From the NCBI GenBank assembly GCA_963693365.1, contig CAVNZM010000008.1:5046310-5110309 (forward strand): 64,000 nt of DNA, read 5' to 3'. This document shows, in pieces, positions 49,308 to 60,810 of this stretch (positions within the stretch are counted from its first letter, which is position 1; each line of letters opens with the position of its first letter). The DNA is from Amoebidium appalachense. Its lineage: Eukaryota > Protista > Ichthyosporea. The notes below the pieces were generated by a model, which had not been told where the DNA came from, searched no databases, and worked only from the letters and a program-made list of their open reading frames with translations. A program made the position numbers and the translations under genes.

Positions 49308-50939
49308 TTAGGAAATCACAAACGGCACGTGCGCGTGTGGTGCCTCGCCCCCATTGTAGCTATTTATAGTCTGCGACCTCCTCCACCCACACCCCTCCTC
49401 CCTGTCACGTGACCCACCCCCACCCCCCCTTAAGGTTCCCAGCGCCTGCAGCGCACGTGCCGTCCTCTGGTCCAATGGCGCCTGCCCCATCAAATTTCCC
49501 AAATCTTTTGCTGTCGCATACTCCCTTAACGCAAAATAGTGTGTGGCGTATTCCCGCGGGCTGGCACCAAGATCATAGTCTAGCAACTGAAGGACGGTCT
49601 TTTCTACGGCGTTAAGGTGCATGACGTCGACCTTAAACACGTCCTGTAGATCCACCAACCAGACGGCGGCGTCGTCCTGCGCCTTTGCGGCCAATAGGAC
49701 ACAGCCAATCAAAAGCCACTTCCACGTGTGCGCACGTGCCATAACTCTCGCCCTGAGGCTTATCCGGTCCAGGTATACAAGAGATATCAGGGCCACACCT
49801 CCCTCAAAGTCGAGCTCCTTAAACAGCGACGTTAGGAAGTGGTGCACCTCTCCTTCCCGGATAATATTGGCAACACGATGAGCGCCATCTGAGGTAATTT
49901 CGTCGTTGGGAGGGGTTTTTTTCACATACTCGAGGGGGTGTTCGGTCTCCCACAGAGTGGATGGTGGGTCGGAGCATTGGGTGATGTCGTTTACGGTTCG
50001 GGTTAAAGCACGTGCCATGCACCGGAGAATCACCTCCCGCCTGGGCACGCCTATGGTGGTGTCTGCATGTACCGATGAGCAACTGTTTGCGCGCACCAGC
50101 CGACCCTTTTTAACCCCGCTAAGGTGCTGATACGACGAAGGTTTACCCGCCGTTACAGGTGAGTAAAAGGGTGCCTGCGGCCCAAGGTTCGTATAACGAT
50201 CACTGATGTGTGCCACAGAGGAAGATCTCCGTGTAAGTCTGCGGCCGTGCGTGTGCGTGCGTATATGCTCGTGGTGTGTGTGTTTGTGCTCATGGTGTGC
50301 GTGATCGGTGCTTCCATGTTCTGTTGGTACTTTTGTGGCGGATTTTTTGCCCTCCTCCCCCTTCTCTTCTTTGCCACCACCACTACTACTGGGAGCAAGA
50401 CCCAGTGCCCTATTCACCCACAAAGGCAATGCGTCCTGTGTTTTAACGTCCGTTTGGCTTGAAGTTCGTTTTCTTGTTAGAGTAGCAGACGAAAAGGACC
50501 TACACATACGGGCACCAATACTCTCGCCGGGGGTAGATGCATCCGCAGCTGTACCACCTGAACTACTCGGGCGCTTTTTCGTCAATGTGCTGGACACATG
50601 CTTCAACCCTTTTAGCAGTGTATTGCCGCTGGTCGCGTGCTCTGATGCTAGTGATGGGGTGGGTAAAGGGTTGCTGTGTGTTTCAGACTGAGCTTCCTCG
50701 GAGAGATCCTTACAAGTGGTGCTATGATCACTAAACAGTTGGATCACTTGGGGTATGCTGGGCGCGGATCTACCCTTCGCTACGGGTTTTGGGGTTCCCT
50801 GACTTAGTTTTTTTGCGTCTGTGCGTTTTTGTTTCGTGTCATGGTCTGTGTCATGTTCATTCTCGTGTACTGGTTCAAGCGAGTCCGAGCTGATACCAGG
50901 TGACCCGGGCTCCCGGCGGGGAAAAAGTGTGAACTTCAT
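49308..50939 (-). CDS. Cyclin Y-like protein, single-exon ORF (543 aa)
   Basis: Cyclin box ALISLVYLDR...WKWLLIGCVLLAAKAQDDAAVW...LNAVEKTVLQLLDY...YATHYFALR, an upstream NSCSS motif and C-terminal PFVIS all resemble the CCNY family. Long low-complexity N-terminus. Confidence 0.88.
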   Translation of the reverse strand: MKFTLFPRREPGSPGISSDSLEPVHENEHDTDHDTKQKRTDAKKLSQGTPKPVAKGRSAPSIPQVIQLFSDHSTTCKDLSEEAQSETHSNPLPTPSLASEHATSGNTLLKGLKHVSSTLTKKRPSSSGGTAADASTPGESIGARMCRSFSSATLTRKRTSSQTDVKTQDALPLWVNRALGLAPSSSGGGKEEKGEEGKKSATKVPTEHGSTDHAHHEHKHTHHEHIRTHTHGRRLTRRSSSVAHISDRYTNLGPQAPFYSPVTAGKPSSYQHLSGVKKGRLVRANSCSSVHADTTIGVPRREVILRCMARALTRTVNDITQCSDPPSTLWETEHPLEYVKKTPPNDEITSDGAHRVANIIREGEVHHFLTSLFKELDFEGGVALISLVYLDRISLRARVMARAHTWKWLLIGCVLLAAKAQDDAAVWLVDLQDVFKVDVMHLNAVEKTVLQLLDYDLGASPREYATHYFALREYATAKDLGNLMGQAPLDQRTARALQALGTLRGGGGGSRDREEGCGWRRSQTINSYNGGEAPHAHVPFVIS

Positions 50940-52430
50940 CGTGCGCGCGTGTGTAGGTAGGTGTAAGGAGAACAGTAGTTATGATATTCCTTGTGTATGT
51001 TGTGTGGAGGGGTTCTTTAGTTCTGATAATCGCGTTGTGCTATGTAACTGCCATCCAAACATGTGTTATTATCTAGACCGATGTTGCTCGGAGACTGCAG
51101 ACAGCGATGTTAGGAATTTCTTTCAGAGAAGATAAAGACCAAACCCTTCTTTCCCCGCACTGATCTCCCGGTTAGATTTTGTACACACCATACTGTGCTG
51201 TTAGACTGCCTCCTACATCTTGCACTGATGTTCTGTTTTCACCTTCACCAACAGAGTGCCTACAACTCGGCCTTGAACTGGTAGAGCTGCAGCCTGCAGG
51301 TGAACCTTCAAGTGAGATCTGCATACCTTCGCAACTATTGGTAGATCACGCACCGCTCTAATGGCTGTTAATTGGCTCAGACAGGGCTAGCCAATGAGAT
51401 CTCCAAATACATTAAATAGGCATTCCATTATAGATCCAGGAGAGGTCGAGGCTCCAGCCCTGGCCCGGCCGCGGGGGCGCAACGAGCCAACTTGCGGCGT
51501 TGTGCGTACGTGTGTGCAGTGTGCACGTGGTGGCCATCACGACTGCACGCTGAGGCGTCTGTGTACAAACGAACTTATAGTAGGTACGTGCGTGCGTGCA
51601 TGCATGCGTGCGTGCGTGCGTGCGAGCGTGTGTGCGTGTGTGCGTGCCTGCGTATGTGCGCACGTGCACGTGTGTGCACGTGACGTTGCAATTGTGACGT
51701 GTGGAATTGAAGCTTCCGTCTCCAAGCATGTGGTTGTGCACGCGGGTGCGTATGTACTACTGCTTGTGTAGTGAGTTTTTCAATGCCACTGTGCTTCCAT
51801 TCGTCCGTATCAATGGATAATGACGTGCACCCTGAGCGTACCGTACTTACGTCGAGTGAGGCTGGGCCCCAGACAGTGTCCACAGCAACAAATAGTGTGT
51901 AAACCCCTTATGGATGAGCTCTGCACATATCCACGCCACTACCTCCGTGTGCCTCATCATCATCGTGTGCATGTGCACGTGGTGTGCAGGTGTACACGTC
52001 ACACACTGCGTACATGTGCGCGGGCTTTCTTTGCGTCATCAAAGTTTGATCAATACATACGCTTGACAACGCGCGGGTGTGTCATCTTCATGTGACACAG
52101 GTTTTATTATGGAGTACCAGATATATATGTTTGTGGGAATGTGGTTGTAAACAGACATGCATGGCTGGGTCACTGGTACGTGCACATACGTACGTACAGC
52201 ACGTATTACTCAACAAATGCTGGTGAACATACATACCCGAGTCTAATCGAATCGGCTGGACTTCTCAACAACAATTAGCACGTGTGTAGCTACACGTGTG
52301 CTAGATAACTTTGCAGAAGAAGCTAATTAGATATGAAAGAGACCAAACAAAGGTGAGATGTCTAAGAGGTGTGCATGTGTACTACATGTATGTTTTGGTG
52401 TTGTAACGTTTTTTTTTTTGTTTTTTTTTT

Positions 52431-52476
<46 letters not shown>

Positions 52477-52884
52477 ATTTTACATGCGAAGTGGAATATA
52501 TTTATTGGCTGGGGCCAGCCCACATCATGACAAATATAATCATGATTCTTCTAGCAGACACCAATAATGGCAGTTCCCTCCGGGACCCGCGGCATTGCTT
52601 CTCTGCACCAACGGCACACAATCAAATCAAACACCAACACCCCTCTCTACCCTCCCCACACCACATTTACCCTCTTTGCAATAACTGTTGCAGCCTATCT
52701 AGCAAACTTCGAAAACAGCAGTTCACAAAAGTGATAGGAGTGTATCAGGCACATGAGCATCTCCTCAAGTTGACACGTGCACAAAAGAAAAAAATATAGG
52801 GAATCCCGGTTCGAGCACTACTTTCCATATTTGGAAGCACACATCCCGGTGGCTCCATGTGTGTGCGACGTCAAAACCGTGGCT

Positions 52885-52904
52885 CTAGTCGGAAGAGAAC
52901 ATGC

Positions 52905-52954
<50 letters not shown>

Positions 52955-55900
52955 GATGGGGGGGGGGGGGGGGGGAAGGCGGGGTGTCAGTAATGGGGCC
53001 CTGGGGTAGTGTGTATGTTTGCGTTTCCCCTATGCTCAATTTTGCGCATGAGAAAATGCCCGGGGTTGGGGGGGGGGGGGGGGGGGGGGGTTTGAATGCG
53101 TCAAAAAGTACGAAGTACACAAGAACAAACGGATAACACGATGCAGAATGCAAGCCATACATAAAGAGTATGCATAATAAGCAGAGCCCATCCTCAGGGG
53201 GGGCCCACGTCATCCACAGTACCCGAGTTTCGACCTATTCCCCTCGTTAACGAAACCCAACTCAGATACTGTTTCACTGGGGAGGGGTTCTATTGGGTGA
53301 CTGATTCCTGCAATATGGTGCCATAGAATGTAGGATCATGGCCCCATGGCTTCAGACCGAGCTGCAATCAAAATGCCTGCCTCGCCCCTCTCATTCCCTC
53401 CCCCCTCCCCCCTCCCCCCCCCCCCCTTCCCCCCCTTCCCCCCCTTCCCCCCCTTCCCCCTCCCTCCCGCCCCCTCCCCCAGCGCTCGTGTGTGCAGATG
53501 TGTGCATGTGCCTACCGGAGTTGAGTTCGATCTCATCAGCCAACTAACCACAAGCTTAGGGGCCCACGCACACCCGCAGTCACGCATGCACGCACCCACA
53601 CACGCATCAATGCATGCCCGTACGCAGGAACACAGGCATGCGCACAAGCATCAAAACGCACCATGCACAGGCAGATGCACATGCACACATACTCTCACTC
53701 ACTCACTCACTCCCACCCACACGCCCGCCCGTACGCATGCACGGGCACGCACACACGCACGCACACACGCACAGGCAGACACATGCATGCCCTTAGCGCA
53801 CGGCACATACCTTTGCTCTGGTCAGGATCGAATCTTTGGATGGGTCGTAGGGTTTCTCTTTGGATGGGATTTCAAGAACAGCAGGCACCGGGGTTACATA
53901 TTTGTCCAGCACATAGCGGATCTCATTGGCTATCTGGGGGTGGAATGAAGTGATTAAAAATCGAGGAGCACCACAGCACAACATTAAAGATAGCACCTAC
54001 ATGCTGGTTGGCCAGCGCCACGTTAAAGAATGCACCTACATGCTGGTTGGTAAGAATGACATTATCGAGACACCCTCATGTTGGTTGGTCAGTACCACAT
54101 TATAGAAAGCACCTACATGCTGCTTGATCATGATCAGCAACCCCATGAAAAAGGGGTTTCTTTTAACCCGATTTATGGCCCTTTCGGGGTAGGGAAAAAT
54201 GCTGTTTATTGCGCATTTCGCCATTCATAAAGCGCAAATCTCTTTGGGGTCTTACCCAGCCCGGAATCCCAAAGAAACCCTCATTAAACCAACCACCGCT
54301 TCTCCCATTTAAGCGACTGGGCGCCGAGACACATTCATGACGCCGCTTTGCTACCAATTGTTACACAGCCGATTAGCTCGAAATAGGCGAGAAAAAGAAT
54401 GTCGGCATCGGCAATGTGACCTAACATGATTATGTCTTCTGATTGGTGAGAGACATCTGAGAAATGTGGCTCTCGGCTGCTCATCGCCCAGACGCTAAAA
54501 TGGGAGAAGCGGTAGTTGGTTTAAAGAACACCCCATTAACGACACACTCACATGCTGGTTGATCAGCACTGCATTAAAGACACACATACATACTGGTTGA
54601 TCAGCACCCCATTTAACACACTCTTGCATGCTGGTTGGTTAGCACCCCATTAAAGACACACTTACATGCTGGTTGATCAGCACCACAGCAATATCTGTCC
54701 GTGCAGTGAACTTCTTGAATGCCTCCTCGATATCCATGGCACTGGTGTCTGCACCCCCACAGTCAGCCACATCACACGTGAAAGAAAAGATGCGCCTAGG
54801 GGGGGAAGTAAGAAAATAAGGGGGGGGGGGGGGGGGGTTTGAATGCGTCAAAAAGTACGAAGTACACAAGAACAAACGGATAACACGATGCAGAATGCAA
54901 GCCATACATAAAGAGTATGCATAATAAGCAGAGCCCATCCTCAGGGGGGGCCCACGTCATCCACAGTACCCGAGTTTCGACCTATTCCCCTCGTTAACGA
55001 AACCCAACTCAGATACTGTTTCACTTGAACATGAGTAGGTCACCCGTCTTGATCAGAGACGAGCAGGGTTGCTTATGCAGGCAAGGGCAGTGGGAAAGGC
55101 CGGGGGTTAAAGTTGCAGCAGTAAGCAGAAGCAAGAAAGGGGGATGGGGGAGGGGGAAGGGGGGACAGTGGGGGCAGTAGGGGAAGGCGAGGGGGTGGGG
55201 TTGGGGGGTTGGGGGGGGTGAGGGGTAGTAAAACTACAAGGCAAGGTAGGAGATGGAGAGGGTAAGATAGGCTGCATACATGCCAAAACGGGAACTCGGC
55301 CTGATTTAAAAAAAAATAAAGCAATACACAGGGATGCATACACAAGCACTTGTCGGAGGCATGTATACACATACACGTACACACGTGCACGCACCCCGGC
55401 AGGCACGCAGACACATGCACCCACAAAGATCCACCCTTCCGTTTACCCCACACCTCATCCACCTTCCAATGCACACATGCAGACATAAACGAGGGTGGCA
55501 TGCATGCCAACATATGGTGCAACCACACACAGTGACAGACACCCACCCACCAACCCACCCACCCACCCACCCACTCACCCACCCACACCCACACCCGCAC
55601 CCGCACCCGCACCCACACCCACCTCACACCCACAATCACACACACACACACATACACACGCACACGCACACGCACTCACAACACACGGACATACCCACAC
55701 ACACACACCCACGAAAACACACACAAGCACACCCACCCACCCACCCACCCACCCACACCTAACCACCCACACACCCACACCACTGCCGTGTATATCCAGG
55801 CAAACATACCCTTCTTGACAATCATATAGTTCTGTCTCTTTTTCTGGTCCACGTCACCAACACCAGCCAGCAGAAACCCGGTAACGGTGTCCTGTATGCC

Positions 55901-56015
55901 ACCCGTGTCAGTGGCCAAACCAAAAACGTAAAAAATAAAAAGGAACCCCGCCACCATCTTTCATTTCCAAAAACACCTCCCTGCATCCCTCCCTCCATCT
56001 CTCTCTCTCTCTCCC

Positions 56016-56052
<37 letters not shown>

Positions 56053-56249
56053 CCAGGTCACACTTACAGACCCACACCCTTCCTATACCGTGCCACCGTG
56101 CAATAAAGTAACCTCTCAAACCCAAAACCACCTTCCCCCCTTCCCCTTCCTCCCTCCTCCTCACATTTCCTTTCCCCTCATCACCCTCTCCCAGTGGCCG
56201 GGAACCTCACAACCCACTCCAACACAGTAAAAAACATTCTGCACGGCAA

Positions 56250-56280
<31 letters not shown>

Positions 56281-56400
56281 GCCCACCCCTCAAACCCCCC
56301 CCCCCCCCCCCCCCCCTGTTGCTTTCCCTTCCACTTTTCGGTGAACATAGGTCCCACCCTAAACTTTCCCTTTGACCATCAGACACACGTAACCTCTCCT

Positions 56401-56432
<32 letters not shown>

Positions 56433-56436
56433 TCTC

Positions 56437-56474
<38 letters not shown>

Positions 56475-57084
56475 CCCACACAAACACACACACCAATACC
56501 ATTCCAAGGTAGACAACAACAGATCCCCCCAAAACACACCCTCCCCCCCCTTTACATGTGTGCTCCAGTGTGTACCTTTTTGTTCAGCAAAGTGGAAAGA
56601 TGGATAGGCTGGGACCAATACATACGGGGTAGAGAGGGGAGAAATACTAACAGGGTCAAGGTAATAGAGTTAACGAAAGGTTCATGATGAAAGGGTTGAA
56701 TGGAGTTAATGTAAGGTTAATGATGATAGGGTTAGTGTAGATAGGGCTAAAGCTGATGGGTTAATGGCAATAGGGCTAATTCTGATAGGGTCATTACTGA
56801 TGGTATTAATATTGGGATTAATGCTAATAGGGTTTGATGCTTATAGGGTTGATGCTCACAGGGTTTAACACTAAATGCCAATTGATGAAAGGGTTAATGC
56901 TCACAGGTTTTTTGCTAACAGGCTATTGGTGATAGGCTAAACACTAGTAGGGTAGGGTTAATGTTGATAGAATTAGTTTTAATAGGATTAGTTTTGAAAG
57001 GGTCAATGTTATGGTTAAAGGTGACAGGGTTTATACCTCATCGCCAATAATGGCAATTAGGCCATCCTTCGCTTGCCCCGACAT
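52885..57084 (-). CDS. ATP6V1F: V-type proton ATPase subunit F, 5 coding exons
   Basis: Exons 57084-57037 (MSGQAKDGLIAIIGDE), 55891-55810 (DTVTGFLLAGVG...), 54748-54666 (..IEEAFKKFTARTDIAVVLINQH), 53933-53811 (IANEIR...PAVLEIPSKEKPYDPSKDSILTRAK), 52905-52885 (GMFSSD*). All GT-AG and in phase. Probable 5'UTR intron 58960-57090. Confidence 0.96.
53091..53278 (-). mobile_element. Structured intronic repeat family, subfamily A copy
   Basis: Reverse complement of the 28040 copy. Its 3' end abuts a C-tract on the minus strand. Lies in the last ATP6V1F intron, sense to the gene. Confidence 0.9.
54152..54281. mobile_element. ~130-bp element sharing its TIR core with the 8120-8419 MITE
   Basis: AGGGGTTTCTTTT ... 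AAAGAAACCCT. Confidence 0.45.
54288..54520. mobile_element. 233-bp MITE with ~36-bp TIRs and TTAA (or TA) target duplication
   Basis: TTAA|ACCAACCACCGCTTCTCCCATTTAAGCGACTGGGCG ... CGCCCAGACGCTAAAATGGGAGAAGCGGTAGTTGGT|TTAA. Removing it restores a CATTAAAGA like that of the surrounding minisatellite unit. Confidence 0.85.
54838..55086 (-). mobile_element. Structured intronic repeat family, subfamily A, longest copy
   Basis: Extends 5' to CCTTGCCTGCATAAGCAACCCTGCTCGTCTCTGATCAAGACGGG, clearly homologous to subfamily B. Lies in ATP6V1F intron 55809-54749. Confidence 0.9.
56645..57031. repeat. Degenerate ~15-20-bp minisatellite (consensus AGGGTTAATGCTRAT) at the 5' end of ATP6V1F coding intron 1
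   Basis: Many diverged (T/A/C)AGGGTTAATG-type units visible in tandem. Confidence 0.7.
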
Positions 57085-57160
57085 CGTCCCTGCAGTTTCA
57101 CAGCATTAGCCTTGAGCCACCTCCCCCCCCCCCCCTCTCCCCTCCCCCATCACATCCTCC

Positions 57161-57199
<39 letters not shown>

Positions 57200-58297
57200 C
57201 CTCCAAAACCCCGCTCCTACACAGAAAGACATGTACACCCAGACACCCAGACAGACAAGGCACACTCAGATATGCACCCACCCACCCACCGACCCACCCA
57301 CCCCAGGCATACGTGTACGTGTGCGCGCACGTACACAGCAACCATGGCACACATGCCTACACACACACACACAAACCCACGAACACACACACATACACAC
57401 GCGTGTGCACGTCTCACACACGCGCGCGCGCACCCACCCACCCACCCACCCACCCACCCACCCACCCACCCACCCACCCACCCACCCAGAGAGAGACAGC
57501 CCCACAAACATACACACACAACCACACACACAGAGACACTCACAACCACACACGCACACACACACACACACGCACATTCACGCACACACACACATAATGG
57601 CTGCTTCCTACACAACCCCTGGGTACCATACTCCTCCTGGCCCTTCCCCCCCTTCCCCACTCCCCCCCTCCCCCCCTCCGCCTCCGTCTCCCCCCCCCCC
57701 CCCCCTACACACACACACACCATCTTGCCTTTCCATACGCACACCACCCAACCCAAAAACACAAGCATTCCTCCCCAACCACACCGGTCCCTTGGTTGGA
57801 ATAACATAAGAGAGAGAACACACCAGAGGCAACTTGTCGACAGAGAAGGGGCAGCTAAAAGGATATCCCCACTTTGCTAGAGCTGATTCTTGCGCTGATT
57901 CCTGAATCCTCCCCCCCTCCCCTCCGCCTCCCCACGCCCCCCAACACACACACATACACACTTTCCTTCTTCCTTTCTTTCCTTCCTTCTTCTTCTTCTT
58001 CTTCTCCTCCTCGTCCTTCTTCTTTTTTGCGGGAAGCGGGGGGGCAGGGAGGGGAGCGGGGGGGGGGGGGGGGGGGGGGGCAGGGAGGGGAGGGGAGGGC
58101 TCCCTTTATTCCGTACACAACATTTCCATACCGAATCTCACCCAGGGAGAAAAATGTGAAAACGGTGAAACTGAGACCTTTCGAGTGTAAGTGTGTGCTA
58201 TTTTTGGCGTGCTAAATTTTCCCCTATTGCAAAAAAATTGTGTATGTGCTTTTGTGCGTGTGCGTGCGTACCTGGATGGGGGTGTGTGCCTTGGTGG

Positions 58298-58388
<91 letters not shown>

Positions 58389-58549
58389 CGCATGTGTGCG
58401 TGTGGTGTGGTGAAGGTTGGCGTCGGGGGGGGGGGGGGGGGGGGGGGGAGGAGGGGAAGCTGTGTGTGTGTGAGGGGGGTGTCCGGGGTAGATTTTGTAT
58501 GTGTGTATGTGGAAGGCCCTGTGCGAAAATACGTACTGAACGCCTGGTG

Positions 58550-58599
<50 letters not shown>

Positions 58600-58960
58600 C
58601 GTGCGTGCGCGCGCGCGTGCGTGTGTGTGTGTGCGTGTGTGGCTGTCTGTCTGTCTGTGTGTGTGTGTGTGCATGCGCATTGTGTGCGTGTGTAGGTGTG
58701 CCTGTGCCTGTGCTTGTTTGTCTATCCGTTTCAAGTGAGCGTCTGTGAGTGGGTGTGTGGGAGTGCATGCTTGTGCGCGCCTTTGTGTGTACTTCCGTGT
58801 GCGTGTGCATGATTCTGTTTGAAGATGCTGCATGTGCATGCGTTTGCGCATGGGTGCGATCATAGCGTGTCACTACAGACCTAGCAAGTCTCGAGATCCA
58901 CGCCAATCGTGCGCATCCTCTTTATAAGCTTCTAATAACCGAAAAACGAGAGTCTCATAC

Positions 58961-59556
58961 CTGTCTTCTGTTGCCCTTGGCTATTATCGGTTGTGGCTTT
59001 CCTGTATCACTAGTTCACACTATTCTAGAGTGAATGTCGGTGCCTCAGAGAATCTAGAACATGTATTAGCATTAGATGGTTAGCAGAATAATTAAGCCTA
59101 AGGGAAAAATAAGCAAACTGGTTTCTCTAACGAGCGTCCTGCTTGTATACACTTTGTTAGCCCTGGAGATGACTGCTTTTAACACACCCTAAGTCCACTA
59201 CAAGGAACATTAAAAAAAATAAAAAAGAACGAAAACTTTTGAAGCTGCGTTTACACTAAAAATGAAGGCCTTCTTGCACCAAAAAGATGATCGAGTACAC
59301 TACCATATATGGTAAAAAGCTGTTCGACCAATCTTTTTTGATTTCAGATCTGCGATTTGGTTGGCTCCTGTAAATCTCCGATCTGGCGCGCGCCGAAGTT
59401 GCTTGCATCATGAGGGAGGGAGCCGGGGAGGAAGAGAGGGAGAGGGGACCTCTACTCATCTTCATGCAGTTAGGAATTAGTGAAAGTTTAAGCAATCTCT
59501 TCGTTACTGCACAAGCACAACACATCTGCACGCACACCCTTCTAAACACTGCAATC
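58961..59556. promoter_or_regulatory. Probable compact bidirectional promoter between ATP6V1F (-) and the SAND-like gene (+)
   Basis: Minus-strand donor CAG|GTATGA at 58960 marks a likely ATP6V1F 5'UTR exon. A divergent ORF starts ~600 bp away, and the interval is free of microsatellites. Confidence 0.4.
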
Positions 59557-60810
59557 ATGGTGAAGCCACCACCTTCTAGCCCCTTTCCCACCCTGGGGGT
59601 AGACCACCTCCCTTCACATGGCTTATGGCGGGTGACAATACACGACACAGACGCTTGGCTTCAACTCATCGCTTGTGATGTTTCTCAAGATGGCACACGT
59701 GAATACACGGCGCAAGTTTTCCATGAGAACTCCTGGATTACCCCTAATGCATACTGTGTTAGTGCTGGAAACTTTAGCAACAAGTGGCGCTCTTTGATAC
59801 GCATGATCGGATTTGGCGTTGATGGTAGAGGAAGGCTAGTCACACATCACCCCGCGTACAAGAGCGGTGAAAGCGTTAGCGAGGGGGTGTCGTTACAGCA
59901 CGTGTGTGCTGCGTTCAACCCACCCATCATTCTCTCGCGAAAGCCGCCAAGACCTCTGGTGGACGCAACGGGGGCGCTAGTAGACGGGCCGTTTGTGGGG
60001 AAAGCAAGGGGAAGCTTGAGTGGGCAAGTGGGTGATAAAACGCCACAAAGAGATGGCAAAGAAAACATAAGTGTTAACACAGACGAGAAAGAAAGATATC
60101 GGCGGGGTGGGACAGCCATCCGGCGTTTGGTGAAGGCATATAAAGGCCCGGTTCCCCAAGTGTCGCCTCTACCCCCATCAAGAGCGCCTGTGAACGACCA
60201 AGAAACAAAATCGGAGGTTGATTCGACAAATGGCGACCTGGATAGCAAGGAATCGGATAGCAGGGAGAAGCCGGAGGAAGTGGGAGCGGAGAATGAGGAC
60301 GGGGAGGGGAAAGTGAAGAAGAGGGGTAGGAATGCTGACATCGAATTAGACACAGGAAAACCTGGCGAAAAGAGTACAAGAAAACGGCAGCGCGAGGAGC
60401 GGGAACAGCAGACACACACCCAGAACGGGAAAACTCGGTTGACGTTTGACGATAGTTTGTCGGCTCGCTTGGAGAGTTTCATCGCTGCAGAGGTTTCAAG
60501 GGAGGCAGGAAAGCTGAAAACTGAGAACGCACGTCTGAAACAGGAAATAGCGAGGTGGGAAAAGAGGGAGGCGGAGTTGAAAAGGAGAGAACAGGCGGTG
60601 AAGGAGAAAGAAGGTGCACGGGGGGAAGGGGAGGGGGGGCAGAGTGGAGGAGACGGTGAGAATCTACGAAAGAAGTTGCAGCCGCTGTTGCTTGCACCGG
60701 GTGGGTTGAAGGCACTGGGAGAGAAGCAGCTGGAAATTGCACGACTGCTCGAGTCCCACCTGAAAGAGGTGTTTCCTGAATATGCGGACGGGGAGGGGCT
60801 ACCCCTGTAA
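59557..60810 (+). CDS. Intronless protein with SAND-like N-terminal domain, charged linker and C-terminal coiled coil
   Basis: 417-aa non-repetitive ORF from ATG 59557 (an upstream in-frame ATG at 59410 is possible). WRVTIHDTDAWL...VFHENSWITPNAYCVSAGNFSNKWRSLIR resembles the SAND pattern WxTPxxF...AG...KxWKxSIR. KKRGR and RKRQR are NLS-like. LKTENARLKQEIARWEKREAELKRRE is a likely coiled coil. Confidence 0.7.
   Translation: MVKPPPSSPFPTLGVDHLPSHGLWRVTIHDTDAWLQLIACDVSQDGTREYTAQVFHENSWITPNAYCVSAGNFSNKWRSLIRMIGFGVDGRGRLVTHHPAYKSGESVSEGVSLQHVCAAFNPPIILSRKPPRPLVDATGALVDGPFVGKARGSLSGQVGDKTPQRDGKENISVNTDEKERYRRGGTAIRRLVKAYKGPVPQVSPLPPSRAPVNDQETKSEVDSTNGDLDSKESDSREKPEEVGAENEDGEGKVKKRGRNADIELDTGKPGEKSTRKRQREEREQQTHTQNGKTRLTFDDSLSARLESFIAAEVSREAGKLKTENARLKQEIARWEKREAELKRREQAVKEKEGARGEGEGGQSGGDGENLRKKLQPLLLAPGGLKALGEKQLEIARLLESHLKEVFPEYADGEGLPL

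Larger units (their letters stand above)
53974..54684 (-). repeat. ~39-bp minisatellite derived from the ATP6V1F exon 3/intron junction, about 8-9 diverged copies, interrupted by two small TIR elements
   Basis: Plus-strand consensus CAGCACCCCATTAAAGACACAC(T/C)TACATGCTGGTTG(A/G)T. The rightmost copy is the real exon end plus donor. Confidence 0.85.

Noticed and set aside
53974-54684. CRISPR-like repeat array
   Set aside because: Units are contiguous and diverged with no unique spacers, derive from a splice junction, and no cas genes are present.
56645-57031. Interstitial telomere
   Set aside because: TAGGGTTA occurs only within a longer degenerate unit; no tandem TTAGGG.
59847-60482. 211-aa antisense ORF
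   Set aside because: Shadow of the plus-strand gene.
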